Below are positions 14,240-28,887 of a stretch of DNA of 64,000 nucleotides, piece after piece. Made by a program: the position numbers and the translations under genes. This DNA is from Utricularia gibba (taxonomy: Eukaryota; Plantae; Magnoliophyta). The notes beneath the pieces were generated by a model, which ran no database searches, had not been told where the DNA came from, and saw only the letters and a list, made by a program, of their open reading frames with translations. The stretch's first letter is position 1. Each line of letters begins with the position of its first letter. The stretch spans positions 2,170,001-2,234,000 of the forward strand of contig CM007990.1 in assembly GCA_002189035.1 (NCBI GenBank), in the 5' to 3' direction.

Positions 14240-15140
14240 ATCTAAATTTCATCCATGTCTTAGATATAAGTGAGAAATTTTGCACCCATTGGATCAAGAC
14301 ATCAAACCAACTTTTCTTACAAGAAAGAGGGTGCAAGCGTATTAATTCATTGGTGACACATTGGCAACACATGTACTTATTTGAGTCCCCATAATACCTG
14401 TGAACCTAGGAAAACAATGTCAAAGAAATTTTCTAATTTTGTCAAAGAAATCATATTCAACATAGTTATTAAAAAATTATACAAGTTTGATAAATATTAT
14501 TTAAAATTTAATATAAAAATATATAAAAGTTTGTAATAAAAACATTCCTAGATTCTTTTCCAATGCTTGTTTGTCCTTGTGTTTGGTAATGCACATGTGT
14601 TTCGTTTTTCTAGAAGTTCCACGCATCAATTAGGTCCTAGGCTTGCACTTGTTTGTTCGTATGCATGCTCCTAATCAGATCTGACGCTATGCCTCTCATT
14701 TGGGGCTACCCATTCACAATAGGCAGACGATTTGCCGATCCTTGTTCCCTTTTTATACGTCAGCAAATTGAATTAATAACCCTTCATTGCTAAATCCTAG
14801 GATCTATTCTCATGGACTATTTGGTTTATACATTACCAAAAAGTCATACTCATTTCCAGAATGTCTTCAAGAGATGTGTCTCTTTCGTTGTTCACGTACT
14901 CGTTGATTTTCCAAGCTAATTCTCGGACAAGTCCTATCAATTTCTAAATCCAACGGGTATAGCTCGATTGAAGCTCTACACTGGTCATACAACACAAATT
15001 AATAGCAATCAGTTGCACAGTTGTGAAAAATAGATAAAAAATTCAAAAAATAACAGAAAAATTAAAATAACATGAAGCAAGATAAAAAAAAAAAAAAAAC
15101 CTAATGGATTATTCCCTGAAAATAGCGCCACTTGACGATA
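14240..15140 (-). mobile_element. Decayed Athila-like gag with PBS remnant
   Basis: Minus strand has PBS-like TGGCGCTATTTTCAGGGA (~15113-15130), then ELYPLDLEIDRT-like and PRFTG..LIRL..W..TW gag remnants with many stops. Confidence 0.55.
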
Positions 15141-15958
15141 ATTTTATAAGTACATAGAAATCATCAAAATAACAGATAAAGATTATTTCTACAAAAAAAA
15201 TTAATTATTTAAATTTCTTAAAAGGAATTGAAAATAAACAATAGAAATATAGAAAAGTTGTTTTGGATTAAGGCTGTATCATACACAAGCTTTACTCAAT
15301 GTATGTATGAAAGTATGGATTATCACAAGAGGTGAAATGATTCTGGTGACGTAGTTGATTTTATAATTCCATAAAACAAGTGACGGTGTTATAATGGTCA
15401 TCAAATAATACTATTTTAGAATAAAACTCCAAAAACTTGTACAAGCAGATCAGTTTTCAAGACTTGTATACATGGAAATATGAATTTTGAACAAGGTGGA
15501 TTTTAAATTCAAGGTTACTTTTTTTATTGTTTTTAAAATTAAATCTTTCTTTTGTTTTCAGTATTTTTTAGTATTTATTTAAAAAGAAAATTCCAAAAAT
15601 TACAATTTTATGTGAATATGATATTATTTTATTATTTGATGGTTTCTATACAATTATATAATTAATATCACCTTTATCATTCCATATATCAAAAACAATA
15701 TTTGATTTGATAGTTAATCAAATTCTTCCAATACTACTAAATAAATGCATCCTAAAACAATAATTAATGGTCAACCACATCATCATGAAGTTGCTCACTA
15801 CACATTCGCTTGAAACAGGCCTACTTTTACAAGACTAGAGCTTCACATCGCTCAGACACTCGCACTTTATCAATCACTTTCCCAAATTAAAAAAAAAAAA
15901 AAAAAACAAAAGAAATTGTCAATCTCTCTCTCTTCTCTCTTTCTCTTGATTGTGGAAA

Positions 15959-17415
15959 TCAGCAGTCGCTGGCATGAATCTTTTGCTGCACCCACAAAGG
16001 TGACAAAACGGGACTCATTTTGGCCTCCCTGGAGCTTCCCATCCCAACCACGCCCTCCTTTTCATCACCTCCTTCCATATCTCTCACATCAACTCTCCAC
16101 ACCTTCAGCGTCTGATCCGCACTCGCACTGTAAACCAGCAAACTCCTCACCATGTCCACCGCCCCCGTCGCAGTCTCCATCGCCGCCGCGAGGCACTTCA
16201 CTGGCCCACGGTGCCCCTCGATCACAACCAGACAGGCGTGGAACGCGTTCCCATCATCCCGTTTCCATATCCGAACCGTTGAATCCTCGGATCCACTCAG
16301 GATCAATTCCTCAATTGTGACTAGAGACAGAATCGAGAAATGATGCCCCTGTAGAAATCCCGCGTGGTTGTACCGCCCTGAGTTTTGCTCCTTCTCCCAG
16401 AAATTAATCAGCCCATCTGAAGATCCCGAGTACAGAAAATGAGAAGAATTGGTGCAGCTGAGAGCCAGTGAATTGACAGGGGAGGGCTGAAACTTGAGCG
16501 TCATTGTGAGAAAATGGGGGAACTCGCGCATTACCCTTCTCCAGATTTTGACTGTCCCATCCGAGGAACAGGTGAAAACGCATCCATCGAATTGGTTCAG
16601 GACAATGGCGTTGACATTCGCATCATGAGCAACGAAAGAATCAACGCAGCTTTTTTCCATCAGTTTCCACACTTTGACGGTGTGATCCCATGACCCTGTG
16701 TACAGCAATTTCTCCACGCTGTTGATCGCCAAACAGGAGACCCGAACCTTGTGCCGATTCGAATTCTTGGAACTCGAGAAAAAGGATCTTGTTCTTCTCG
16801 GGAGAGTCATTATTTTCCTGGGCTTCAACTTCAAGTCGCTTTGTCTATGCATGTGCGTGATATCCCATAGCCGAACTCTGCAATCGCCGTGCGCGGTGGC
16901 GATGCTCCGCCCAGCTGCCAGAATTGCCCGTATTGGCCCCGAGGGAGTTTTGAAACTGCCTGCTTCCGTACAGGTGGGCTGCCCCAGGCTTGAATTTTGC
17001 TTCCGCTGGAGGCGGTGAAGATATAGTCCTTATTCACCGCTAGACAGGAGACGCTGGAATCGCTCCAATGGAGGGATGCTATGCAATGATAGACAAATGG
17101 GCGCGATCGCGACGGCGATGTGCTCCCTGGCGCCGGAGACCTCGTCCACGGCGGGAAACCTGAGGCGGATGAGACACAGGACGTCCTGGCGGAGGAGACC
17201 TGGGAATCGAGCTCTCTGCTGACCTCGAAGGAGAATCTCGCAGCTGCAGTGAAGCTCATGCCTGCATCGTCGTCGTCGCCGTCCATTGTTTTGTTCTTAT
17301 TCTTTTGCTGTTTCAGGGGAAATTGGTTTGAAAGAGATGGAGTAGTGCGGAACAGCGCAAGGGAGTTGTAATTCGTGTTGAGATATGAGGACCTATCTTC
17401 TTCACCTAAAACCAT
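15959..17415 (-). CDS. Intronless WD40-repeat protein, JINGUBANG-like family; one apparent 1-bp frameshift at 16982-16985
   Basis: ORFs 16831-17415 and 15959-16852 join into one protein: YHCIASLH, KIQAW/QPTCTEAG, AHGDCRVRLW, LYTGSWDHTVKVW, LYSGSSDGLINFW, LQGHHFSILSL, GHRGPVKCL, ending SPVLSPLWV. About 485 aa if one base is restored. Confidence 0.88.
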
Positions 17416-19039
17416 TCATTCCTCTTTTTCCAGAGAATGGTACACATTTACGCAGCTGGGCTATGGGCTAGGTATGCGTAAGTGTGTGTTGCTGAAATAA
17501 AAACTCACGGCAAGGTTTGGTGTGTGTTGGTGGTGGGCTTAAAATTGTTTGCATTTATGCAGTGTCGAGTACGGGAACAATTTTGGAGGGGAATACCGAC
17601 ACTCGTATTTCCTCTATGTGTATCAACCCACTATCTTCATCTTGAAATTCTCATCTGAGTTCCAATCTTGTACTGTTCACGTGTGCTATCGAAACGGATG
17701 AGAGATTTGAGGTCAGCATGCATTTCGTTGTATTAGAATTATTGATTATCCCACGGCACGGCGAATACGAACACAAAATAAGACGGAATTATTGATTACA
17801 TGATTTGGCGTAGACGATCAAACATTCCGTATTTGTTTAGTATTATTTACTGATAATGCATACATACGAGTTCTCTTATTGCAATTTGGTCCAAACTATT
17901 AACATATCACATAAAGAGCATATTTCAAAAAGATTCCAATTATTGTTCTTTTTCATTATAACAGTTCACAAAAATGTTCTTGCTAACAATTAAAGTTCTA
18001 ATCATCTGCTGAACATGGGTTTACCTTTACATGATGAAATATGTTTATTTGATTGAATTCAAAATAATAAAACAAAATTATTATTCTGTAATATTTAAAT
18101 CAAGCATAACCTTTTAAAAATTCAACTCTACCGCCCCCAAAGGAAACCTTCAACTCCTAGTGTCTTACTATTATAACTTAAGGTTCTGTTTAACATATAT
18201 ATATGTCTTATTATGAAATCTGCTATAAAACACGATATAAAACATATTCAAAAAAACCTTTTGTAGCACTTGGAAAAATGTTGCATATCTCCATCTAATT
18301 CTCTTCGTAAATCATGGAACCTGTCTCATTTGAAAGCGACTTTGATAAGCAAAGCACATACAAAACAAGTTCTTTGCATAAACATATAAACTTCTTTTGA
18401 AACTCAAAACAATTCATACAGATTTGAAAGACAATATAAGACATATGTAATGAAATTACTCTCTATTAGAGTTTTCAAATGATTTCACCAAATATAGAAA
18501 CTAAACTCACAAAAAACTGAAATTGTGAGAATACCAAAAAGTAAAACAAGGAGCCATTTGGCTCTGAAATTTCACATTTCAGAAAAGAACAGGATTCCTA
18601 TTCCAAAGACTTTGTAAAGCAATTTTGAAATGCTCAATAATGTTTATTTCATTTACCTTGCCTTTTACCTTCCACTACCTCTAGTCTATACTTGAGAGCT
18701 CTTTAATACTTTTTCCTAATTTCTTGTGTACCTCTTTGCCTTTTCCCTCTTATGCTTATTTCACAACTATAAAAATGATATTTATAATATTAAAAGCATC
18801 TTTTAAATAGACGATTTTGTTGAATCATTATTAGTATATCTATTTGAAAGAAACACACCTTCTTGCCAATGATTTTACTTTTTCTTTTCTCCTATTTTCC
18901 CTTCATTAGGCAAAATTTTTACCATGCCCCTGGCCAAATTCCCCTTGAGGTAAAGTCCAAGTATTGATTATAGCTATGGAAAAAACTCCATATTGCTTTC
19001 CTACAGAGTCAACCTAATTTGTTTTCGAAATTCAGAGAA

Positions 19040-19330
19040 AATTATGAAACATACTTTTATAAATCCTCATATTCTCTTTATCTTGTGGAATTTTCATCTC
19101 GAAACTCTCACTTTGTAGTGGCAAGTTATAGATATTCTACAAGAATGTTGCGTTCCACTTCCCATAGAGCTTCATCCTCTCCACGGTTAGACCATTGCAC
19201 TTTAATCATTGGTATGAATTTTCTCCTCAGCATTTGCTTTTCCCTTGCCAAAAGTTTCATTGGAACTTCCTACTGAGTCAATTGAACATTCGAAACAAAT
19301 TAGATTGATTATGTATGTAGGGAGACAATG
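19040..19330 (-). mobile_element. Chromovirus (Tekay/Del-like) integrase chromodomain fragment plus PPT-region remnant
   Basis: Minus strand reads EVPMKLLAREKQMLRRKFIPMIKVQWSNRGEDEALWE, a typical integrase chromodomain. It is followed by TTTCGAGATGAAAATT...AGAGAAT, similar to the Tekay 3' end. Confidence 0.7.
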
Positions 19331-20337
19331 CTGAGGTTTTTTTTGTCACAGTCATAAGCAATACTTGGATTTTAGCACAAGGGGAACTTAGCCAAGAGAA
19401 CATGGGTAATAACTATGTATAACAAAGGGGAAATAGGAGAAAAGAAAAAACAGAACCATTGCTTATTTATCACGTGTTTGAAACTCGTGCAATCACATGT
19501 ATTTGAAATAGACATGATAACAATAACTAAAAAAAATGATGATTTTAGTACCATAAATATCATTTTTCGAGCTTTGAAAAAGGAAAGATGTATAAGAAAT
19601 TGGAAAATGCAATAGTAACCTCCAAGTGTAGAAAAGGAACAGTGAAGTGTAAAAGTCAAGATGAATGTGATAAATATTACTCAATGTATCAAATTCGTTT
19701 TACAAGTACGGTTATTAGAGAATACACATTTTCATTTTCTGATGAGTGTAGTAAACAACAAGACAAAAGCAATTTTACTTTGAATTTAGTTGAATAATAA
19801 TCATTTTTTCTTCGATTTTGAAAACATTATTTATTTATTTATTAATTTGAGTGGGTGCAACTGTGCACGTTCATTGCATTACCCGTAGGGTTAGATGTAG
19901 TTAATTAAAACAAAGGCCCCTCCCTAGACCCATTACTATGTTGTATGCAATTGATTTCGATTAGTTATATGCGTCATGAGGAGAGGTTGGTAACCGCATT
20001 TACTTGGCATTTACAATTTGCACCCCACAAGTGGAGCGTCCTTGTCGGAATCCTATCTTCCGTTGCACCTTACACCATGTCTTTTTTTAAAAAAAAAAAA
20101 TGCACATATTATTGAGTAATATATATTTGATATTAGGCTGCTTACGCAAGAATAAATATTTAATCTAGATCAATATTGCAATTTTAGTTTAGATCTTTTG
20201 AATTAATATACTTATATGAGAATCATTTGTTTTCAAAATATATTTTTTTCAGAATTTATCCAATCCTTGTAATAAATCTAGTATCCTTATGAGGAAATTC
20301 AAGTAATCGTTATTTGAAGAAATTTGATTTTCGACCA

Positions 20338-20661
20338 TGTCAATAATAAAAAGTATTATTTATTATAGTCTACACAATTATTATACAAGGGACAGCCATC
20401 GCATTTGTGTATTCCAAATGGGACATTCGAATTGATCGTACACAGGAATGTCTTTCTTGTGAGTCGGTGGACCGGACTCACAAGAGCGCATAAAAAGGGC
20501 CTTAGGTGGGACCCATAGGTAAGGAAAATGTATATAAAATAGAGGTTTGGCGGTGGTCGGGAGGGGAACTTGGATGGAAAGGGAGGGAAACCGCCGGGGT
20601 AGCTCGAGGTTGACGATGAATTGTGGCACGATGCGGCTGGAAAGCATGGTTTGGGCTCACA
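20338..20661. mobile_element. Short GC-richer LTR-like segment (TG..CA), no TSD found
   Basis: GC-rich island in AT-rich DNA, bounded by TGTCAA..CTCACA, with a TATA-like motif and an internal hairpin. The 5-bp flanks do not match. Confidence 0.3.
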
Positions 20662-20745
20662 TAAATGCCTAGAGAGCTGACAATGTGAAATTATGTCAGG
20701 TTATTGGCGATTGTGTGAGAGTTGCACTTGCGTTGAATGAGTTGA

Positions 20746-21960
20746 TGTTGGAAATTCTTGTATTGGAAAAGAGGTAAAGATCTCACATTGCTAATTGAAA
20801 TCCTCGTCAACTAATTTATATAAAATATCAATGTATTAGTATTGATGAGCTACAAAATTAATTGCATCTTGCATGTGTGTAGGGTCTAATTTATTAGATT
20901 GGGTTGAGTTTCAGGACAGCCTCAAAACCCAAAAAGCTACGCATGCAAGAGGGTGCGAATCCGACCCCGAAAGCCTCTTGTGTGTGTGTGACTATCGATA
21001 GTGTTCTCGAAGAGTCTATTGAATCTAAGGGGATCAAGAAATCCTTTAAAACATGTTATATGCATGAGGTTTTGATTGTTTCCCGTTTTTGGTGTTTGAT
21101 TTACAGCAATCTAAAAGAGTTATCTTGATGGATCCAGCTACCACCCTTATAAAAATCTTAATCCTATGTTGTTAGCACTGTTGGTCACCAATGCTCTATT
21201 TATCGATGCCACAATGCCTTCAAAGCAGTCTCCTCTGATGCAGATCTGTTTGCTGTGCTGCTTTCGACAAACCCCACTATCCAAAATCTGCATGTGTCTG
21301 CTTATCTGCCATGAGTCACCTCCAGTGTTTACAATTTGTCACTGAATCATCCGATTATTGATCGATTGTTCCTTGACAGTTCAAAGATTGAACCTTTTGA
21401 TGGCCAAAACTTCCGATGCTGGAAAGATTAAATCTTTGAATTGCTAGATATGCATAATGTCTCCTGGGCCCTCGATGTCACCAAACAGGAAGCAAAGAGT
21501 TCTAAAATCCTTGCTGTGGATTGGGATTGAGCCAATCAGGTATGTGGTCATACTATAATTACCACCCTTGCTAATATCCTCTTTGATTTATATATAATCT
21601 ACAAAGATGTTGACTCTATATGAAAGTCGATGATTGCTAGATACATTGGCGAGGAGGTTGTTAAATCTTGAGTTGTAGCCACCCATTATCTGCAAAGGAA
21701 GATGTACGATGACAAGGAATTTCATTGTCTCTTGGACAACATGGCTGTTCAAAATATTAATATGCCTCTAGAGTTTGTCACTAATTCACTGATTCAAGAC
21801 ATGGATTCACCAATGTGATCACAACACGACGCTAGATCATTTAATTAATCACATTGTAATTGAGGATAGGAAAAGGAAAATTAGCAAGAAGCCTATCAAT
21901 CATGAGTATCAAATGAATGTCCTCAAGAATAAATAAGGGAGATACAAATTTCACTCAAAA
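20746..21960 (+). mobile_element. Decayed Ty1/copia element (LTR start plus gag remnant)
   Basis: TGTTGGAAA LTR-like start at 20746. From 21381 it reads SKIEPFDGQNFRCWKD*IFELLDMHNVSWAL, a copia UBN2-type gag N-terminus with stops. Confidence 0.65.
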
Positions 21961-22379
21961 AGTTCTGATTCAGTTTCACATATTATCTTAGTTCCAAGTT
22001 TCGACTAACGATGGTATAAAAAAGATAAAGGGTCATTATTTTGTTTGTGGTAAGGTAAAATACTTTGCAGCACAATGCTCATTATGATGAGATGATTATA
22101 AACATGCTTATTTATTTTGATAAGTGGTTTTATGTCGTTTCAAAAAGTATTTTTCTATTATTCTTGAGTATTATTTTTACTTGACTCCAATATATCTACA
22201 TAGTCATCATCTCCTTGTAATATGTTGTCTACATACTTTTGTTGTAATAAACTCTCAAGAGGATCATCTAGATCAATGATTCGAATAAAGCTGTGGATAA
22301 ATGCACATGCTAAGATAATGAAATTGAGTATATCTACATTGTAGAGTGATAAATAAAAAATTTCTTAAAATATCATTGT

Positions 22380-22870
22380 GAGAAATGAAATTTTCGTATC
22401 AAATAATTTTATAATTCTTAATCCTTACAAAATACAAGCTAAACACGAAATATAAAGTAGAGTTCAGGGTTGATCACAAGGAGCTGGTACTTGCAAAGTA
22501 TTTTAACAAATGTAGAATTCAGAATAAATGTTGTTCTTAATCTATGTTCAAACTAACAGTGGTAGACAAGTTCAATAAAAAAGATCAAGTCTCAACGCTG
22601 AAAATAACAAATACTAGTTTTAGTACAAAGTAATACTAAGATGTTTTAAGAGTATGAAAGTGATGTGGTACTAAGGCCTCTAATTTAATTCAAAAAATTT
22701 TATACTCATAATTTCAAACAACCTAAATCTATTTAGGTTATTCATCATGTTTTCGGCTAATATAGCCCTCAATATCATTACCAACGTCGCAATTAAATCT
22801 ATTCGCATACAAAGTATATAGAACTAAATCTATCCGATTCTAGTGGTTTGACCCCAAACTAACACCTATT
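22380..22870 (-). mobile_element. Truncated diverged copy of the LTR family at 4524-5950
   Basis: Collinear similarity to ~4620-5100 (GATCAC..GAGCT..CTTGC; shared CTAACAGTGGTA). Confidence 0.55.
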
Positions 22871-23659
22871 TTTTGGAAATGAAAAACACCCTAAATGAGG
22901 CAAAACCATTTTCTCCCATATTAACTTTCTTAGAAATATGTTATTACACAAGTTCATATTGATTCTTTTTTCCAATAATGTGAGAGCACCCTCAATTTTC
23001 TTGTTTTCTAAGTTACCACCTATTTTCTCCTTACATACTTTACAAGATCACCTCAAAGTGGGTAGAAAGAATGATAATTCTGATAAAAACCTATAAGACT
23101 CATAACAAGAGGCATTGTTGAAGATAACAGCCCAGATAGAATGTTGTGGGCCTAATAAAGCTTGATCCAAAGTTAGTATTAGCCTTTGGAAGTGAAGTGC
23201 TTACATTTCATATCTACTTTAGGCATATCATCCATTGTAATGGGTTGAACTCTAAATGCTGGTATATGGTCGGGGCTCAAGTACTTACTAGGAAGGCCTT
23301 GAAATAAAGTCATGGAAGGTACTATCACAAAGATTCAACATAGTAAGACCCAACAAGGACTTGTTAGGAATGTCTAAGAATACCTCATGAAGTGGATAAG
23401 GTAAACACTCGGCAGAGATCCTAAAGGCTTTCATCTAAGATAAGCTTCTTGGGTGTGATACATGATAAGCTAGACTCTATACGGTTTTGTAGACCCGGAA
23501 AAGATCTTAAAGGTATATTCCATTATTGTTTTGTCTTTGCTACCATTTCCTTACCCAATTACTTGCTTTCCTAAATTTCTGGCCTACTCAATGTTAAATT
23601 CCTCAAGTTCTTACAGGTCTAAAGAGTCGATTAAATGAGGGAAATACGTTTACTTTTTG

Positions 23660-24260
23660 CAAATATTTTATAAATTAATATTAATAATTTTAATGAAATT
23701 TCGTATATTATTATTAATGATATTTATATATAATAGATGAAAAAAATAAAATATTCTTTTTTTGTAAATATGTACTTATAACATTATACCTATTGGAATA
23801 TATATATATATATTTTTTTTTTGCAAATCAAAATAGTTTTACAAATGAATATTAATAATTTTGATGAAATTTTGTATATTAATATTAATGATATTTATGT
23901 ATAATAGATAAAAAAATTATTATTTTGATAATTACTATAATACAATTATTTATACTTTACTCACTTGTAAAGAAATAAAATATTCTTTTATTGTAAATAT
24001 GTACTTGCAATATTATAATTTTTGAAATACATATTTTGTAAATCAAAATAGCTTTATAAATGAATATTAATAATTTCAATGAAATTTAGTATATTAATAT
24101 TAATGATATTTACATATAATAGATAAAAAAATATATTATTTTGATAATTATTATAATAGAATTGCTTATATTTTACTCAATTGTGAAGAAACAAAATATT
24201 CTTTTTCTTATAAAGATGGATTTGGAATATTATGATTTTAGAAATACCTTAATTCTACAT
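23660..24260. repeat. AT-rich tandem repeat, about 3 units of 170-215 bp
   Basis: ATTAATAATTT..ATGAAATT..TATATTA..ATTAATGATATTTA..TAATAGAT recurs near 23680, 23850 and 24065. Confidence 0.7.
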
Positions 24261-25129
24261 GAAGCAAAGAATTTACATTTCTTTTCAAACAAGTTTTTGG
24301 GTAATTGTGATTCCATAAAAGGGGTATGAATTCTCATTCTTAATTGCACCTATCACATCTCCCCCCTTCTACTTACATGCTTCATTACGCCTGATTGTGA
24401 TTGTCAAAACCATAATTAAGGTTTTCTATGGAGGAAACATCATGAGAGATGATCATGGCTATGAGTATATGACAAAGATACTGTCAAAATAATAAGATTA
24501 AAGCATAATACTGCATATAAAAAACTTGTTGAATATATTGTAGAGGAATTAGACTTAAATTTAAGCCAACTCAAATTTAATATAACAGTTAAATTCTATG
24601 AGTCAGATACTTGTAATACTAATTATGTAGATTTAATTTAATAGCTAAATTCTATGAATCCAACACTGATAACACTAATTATGTATTAAATCCAAGTAAT
24701 TCTCATAGACTTATTTGTTCATACAAAACCTAAATAGAGTGGTGTTTCATCAAGCCATCAAGGTATGTTCTTTATTATATTTTTATTCTTTAGTTCATAA
24801 TATTATTAGATTTATACAATTACTTTTTTCTACATATCATTTTTTATATTAATATTTTCTTAGTTTTTTCAATCTTTATTATTATTTATCTTTAATCTTA
24901 TCCTTACACTATTTCATATAAAGCAATGCAATTCTATTATTTCATTATTATTTCCATTCTTCAATATGTTAAATTATATTTTTATTTTTTTGAAAAAATA
25001 GATTGATAATTTATGTGTTCTAAATTTTCATTTTTGCTTATTCATGCTTTAAATAATTTTTTTGTTAGATGTGTTTGACCACTATCATCTCATTGTATGA
25101 GAAGAGTATCCATCCTTAGTGTTAAAAAC

Positions 25130-27720
25130 TAACATATTGTGTGAGACATAAGGTGATGGTGGCCACTTTTCTAAATGGCCCTCCTCAATCATCGTAAAAT
25201 GAGGAATTCGATCCTTTTTGGAATGCACCTTTGGAATTCGGTAAAATTCAGTATTTCACTTTGCATGGTTTTCATTTGATTGACTGAATGACGTAATTCG
25301 GGTAATGGTTGTAACTATAGGTAACGTGAATCATGCTTACGTTCCAGAATATATGAAACTTGATGAAATTTTTCATGGACATGCATACACGAATCCACCC
25401 TTGACTCAAAATTTCGAGGCTTCTAACATTAGTGATGACTCCACTTATAGATCTAAAGATGATTGAGAGGAAACAAACTCAGAAGAAATTTCTGATAATA
25501 TAGACACAGATAGTGAGGAAAAGAGTAGAGAGGAGGATGAGTCTTCTCATGAAGATGTTGACGAATACGAGGACTTTCACACTTGACAACAACCCAACCC
25601 CTTCATTTATATTGAGGATCCACCTAGCGTCAATGATGGGAGGGATACATACGATGATACAAACAAAACTCTAAGAGAAGGGACACACTTCATGAGTAAG
25701 CAAGAGCTGATTGATGTAGTTATATACTATCAAGTAAAAGTTGTGCACACTGAAGTAAGAGTGGCAAGTAGTGACAAGAAACAATATTGTGTCCACAGTC
25801 GATAATTCAAGAAAGAAGATCCCAAATCATGTACTTACTATTTCTTTGCAGGCCTACAAAAATGAACAGGGACGTGGAAGATCAGTAAACTCATAGAGAC
25901 TCATACGTGCCAAATGACTTTGGCTCTTTGAATGCGGAATTCAAATTTTTCGATAAAATTTATCACACCACATCTAAAGGAACTTGCTCCTGAGAAACTC
26001 ACTGCAAAATTTGTTCAGCGATATGTTCAGTAACAATGGAGATGCAAGATATCAAAGTGGAAGGCTTGGGAAAGTGTAGTTCGTGCGCATAGTTAGAATA
26101 TGGAGCATATGAATCATCTGTAAGAGAATTATCAAGGTATGTTCATTAGCATTTTTAATCTGTAATTTATAGTTTTATATTAGTTATAAAAATATATATG
26201 TATTTACAAAATATAGTTTATCGTTATAGGTTTCCTCAAGAACTTAAATCATAGAATCTTGGTAATGTTGTTGTATGGGAACGCAATCAAAATTTTCATG
26301 AGAAAAATTTGTTTAGATATGTCTTTTGAGCGTTTGGTTTTGCTATCCATGAATTTTGATATTTTTGGTCAATGCTTTGTATTGATGCTACACACCTTTA
26401 TGGTAGGTACAATTACAAGTTGTTGTTGTGTGTAGCTGTAGATACAAACAATTGTGTATTCCCTATTGCGTATGCCTTTGTCCACAGGGAATCAAAGGAA
26501 GATTGAGAATTCTTCATCTGACACCTTGATAACTATGTTATTTGTGGCTGAAATGATGTGTGCATGATAAGTGATCGAGCTCCTGGTTTGATTGCAGCAT
26601 ACTCTAATTATCCACGGTTTGATCATTCTCATGGGGTACATCGTTGGTGCAATTTCCATGTACAAAAGAATTGCATTGCATTTGCATCTTCAAAAGCAAA
26701 AGATCTTGGACGGTGGATCCAAAGAGCATCATATACTATAAACAAAAATGATTTTGATGAGGCAATGATTGAGGTAGCAAATTTGTCAGTTGTTTCTGCG
26801 ACATACTTCTAGGAAATACCAAAGAGCAAATGAACTTTACTTTACTATAAAGGGCACCGATAAGCATCTAAATACTTAAACACTATTTTTATGTGAAAAC
26901 AAGATTGAGCTCTTGTATTTGAATAGTCATTCAATCATGACCACAAACCATGTTGAATTCATGAACAATGTTCTATGAGTTGCTCGTTGACGACCTCCCA
27001 CTGCATTGGTAAAGGTACAAATTTAATATATATATCATTTTTATTGACTTCAATGTTATATTTTAAAATCACATTTGAAAAGGCACAAGAGTATTTAGAT
27101 GATCATCAAACAATTGGTTTTTTTTTGGGTGAGAAATGTTCATGAAAAATATGAAGCAGCATCACAACTCATACCAAATCTCACTTGCACATCATATGAC
27201 TCAAGGAATCAGATGTGTAATGTGAAGGTTTGCCATCAACATCATCAAGACATGAAAATTGTGTGTGTCCATGATGGAACCTGTGAGTGTGGAGTTTGGC
27301 AAATAAATGGATATCTATACACTCATGCCCAACTGGTAAATATTAAATTTTAATTTAATTCTTTTTTACTTACTAACTCCAAAGTAAACATCTTGGAGAC
27401 ATGCCATCATTTCAATGTAAATCCCCTACATAAGATGAGTTCATATCATAGAATTACATTTCTAGTCAACATGTATGTAGGGGTAGTTAATCCTTTAAGG
27501 GAGGAGTATCTTTGGGCAGATGACGCATTCCAATTCTTCGTAGATCCGTTGAGAAAAAGAAAAAAATTGGGACGCAACAAAACCACAATGTACAAGGGTC
27601 CCGTTGATTTTCAGCAATTTGGAACACATAAATCATCATGCAATACAAAAGAGTTAAATATTACTTTGACGGATGAACGGCAAGATAACATTCTTCCAAC
27701 ATTACTTTAAATCTTTTCTT
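25130..27720 (+). pseudogene. Decayed MULE/MuDR transposase
   Basis: EGTHFMSKQELIDVV (MuDR DBD); LCIDATHLYG, VFPIAYAFVHRESKED and CMISDRAPGLIAA..HRWCNFH (MULE domain); CECGVWQINGYLYTHA (SWIM-like). Many stops and frameshifts. Confidence 0.8.
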
Positions 27721-28887
27721 CAAACCAATCATATAGACAATCCTCAATGCAGGAGGGACATTGCACATTAGGAAGCATGGTTACTTTCAATGCACAATAT
27801 TCAATATCGTTTGCAGGATTGACAGCACTGACCTTACCATATTTTAGATAAGGTTAAAAAAGTTTTATGTAAGTGAAAAAAATGATATCATAATTTGTAT
27901 TACATTTGTGGTTTTATTTATATAACTTTGGTATTTATAATTATTAGATTTATTGTGCATTTTCAATTAATTGAAAAAAATTGAATATTGATCTACTAAA
28001 AAATGAATAAAGCCTTATGCATTTTTTATATTCCAAATCAATCACTTTTAATATTTTATGTAATATTAAATTAAACATTAGATATGTTTTTATATAATAA
28101 AATTATATAAAAAATCATTATAATTTTTTATTTACAAACCGTATGCATTTTATAAATATTTTACAAAATATCATGTATTTTATAACATGTCAGGTAAACC
28201 TCAGGTATTTTTCAAATAAATTTCTCCAGATATATAGAGAACCCACCTTAGCCCGAAAGAGTCCTTGTTATCTTTTCAGATTATCATTTGTTTGTACTTT
28301 CTTGCTTTTCTAAAACCTTCCCAAGTATTTAATGTTACAAAAATCTATCAATTTTAAAACCCCCAACAATTTTACTTGTGGTTTTTGGCATTTATTCAAC
28401 AATCTTATCCTTTGAAGAGGCGTTACTAGACACAGAATACCGAGCGAGTGCTCGGAAACCAATAAATGACTCCTACACTTAAAATGAGTCATTTTTTAAA
28501 TTAAATGATGAGGGTCAGGGATGGAAACTTAAATAAGATAACGAGTTATCTTGGGAACTCTTGTTTGGTATCCGCATGTTACTAATTTTGGTAGATCGGT
28601 TACAGGTACCAGAATGTGTACGGAAATGGCTTCTGTTTGTTTTTCCTCTTGCTTGGAGTTTTCTTCAGGTTAATATCTTTAGTCAGAACAGTGTACAAAT
28701 CTCTACTAACTCACAATGAAAGGAGATGATGAGCAATAGGGAAGTTAACTTGACTCAACTGGAATCCAAGTTGCCTGCACTAACATGGAGAGACATGGAT
28801 TCAAAGGTTGGGGAATCCAGCAAAATACTTGGCTCGTTCAGACGCCTCATGACTCAACTGAAAGGAGAAAGCTAAGAGTTGTCACCT

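Noticed and set aside
15916-17371. Plus-strand ORFs opposite the WD40 gene, and antisense ORFs over PPR, GRP and cargo
   Set aside because: Shadow frames of GC-rich coding sequence with no independent motifs.
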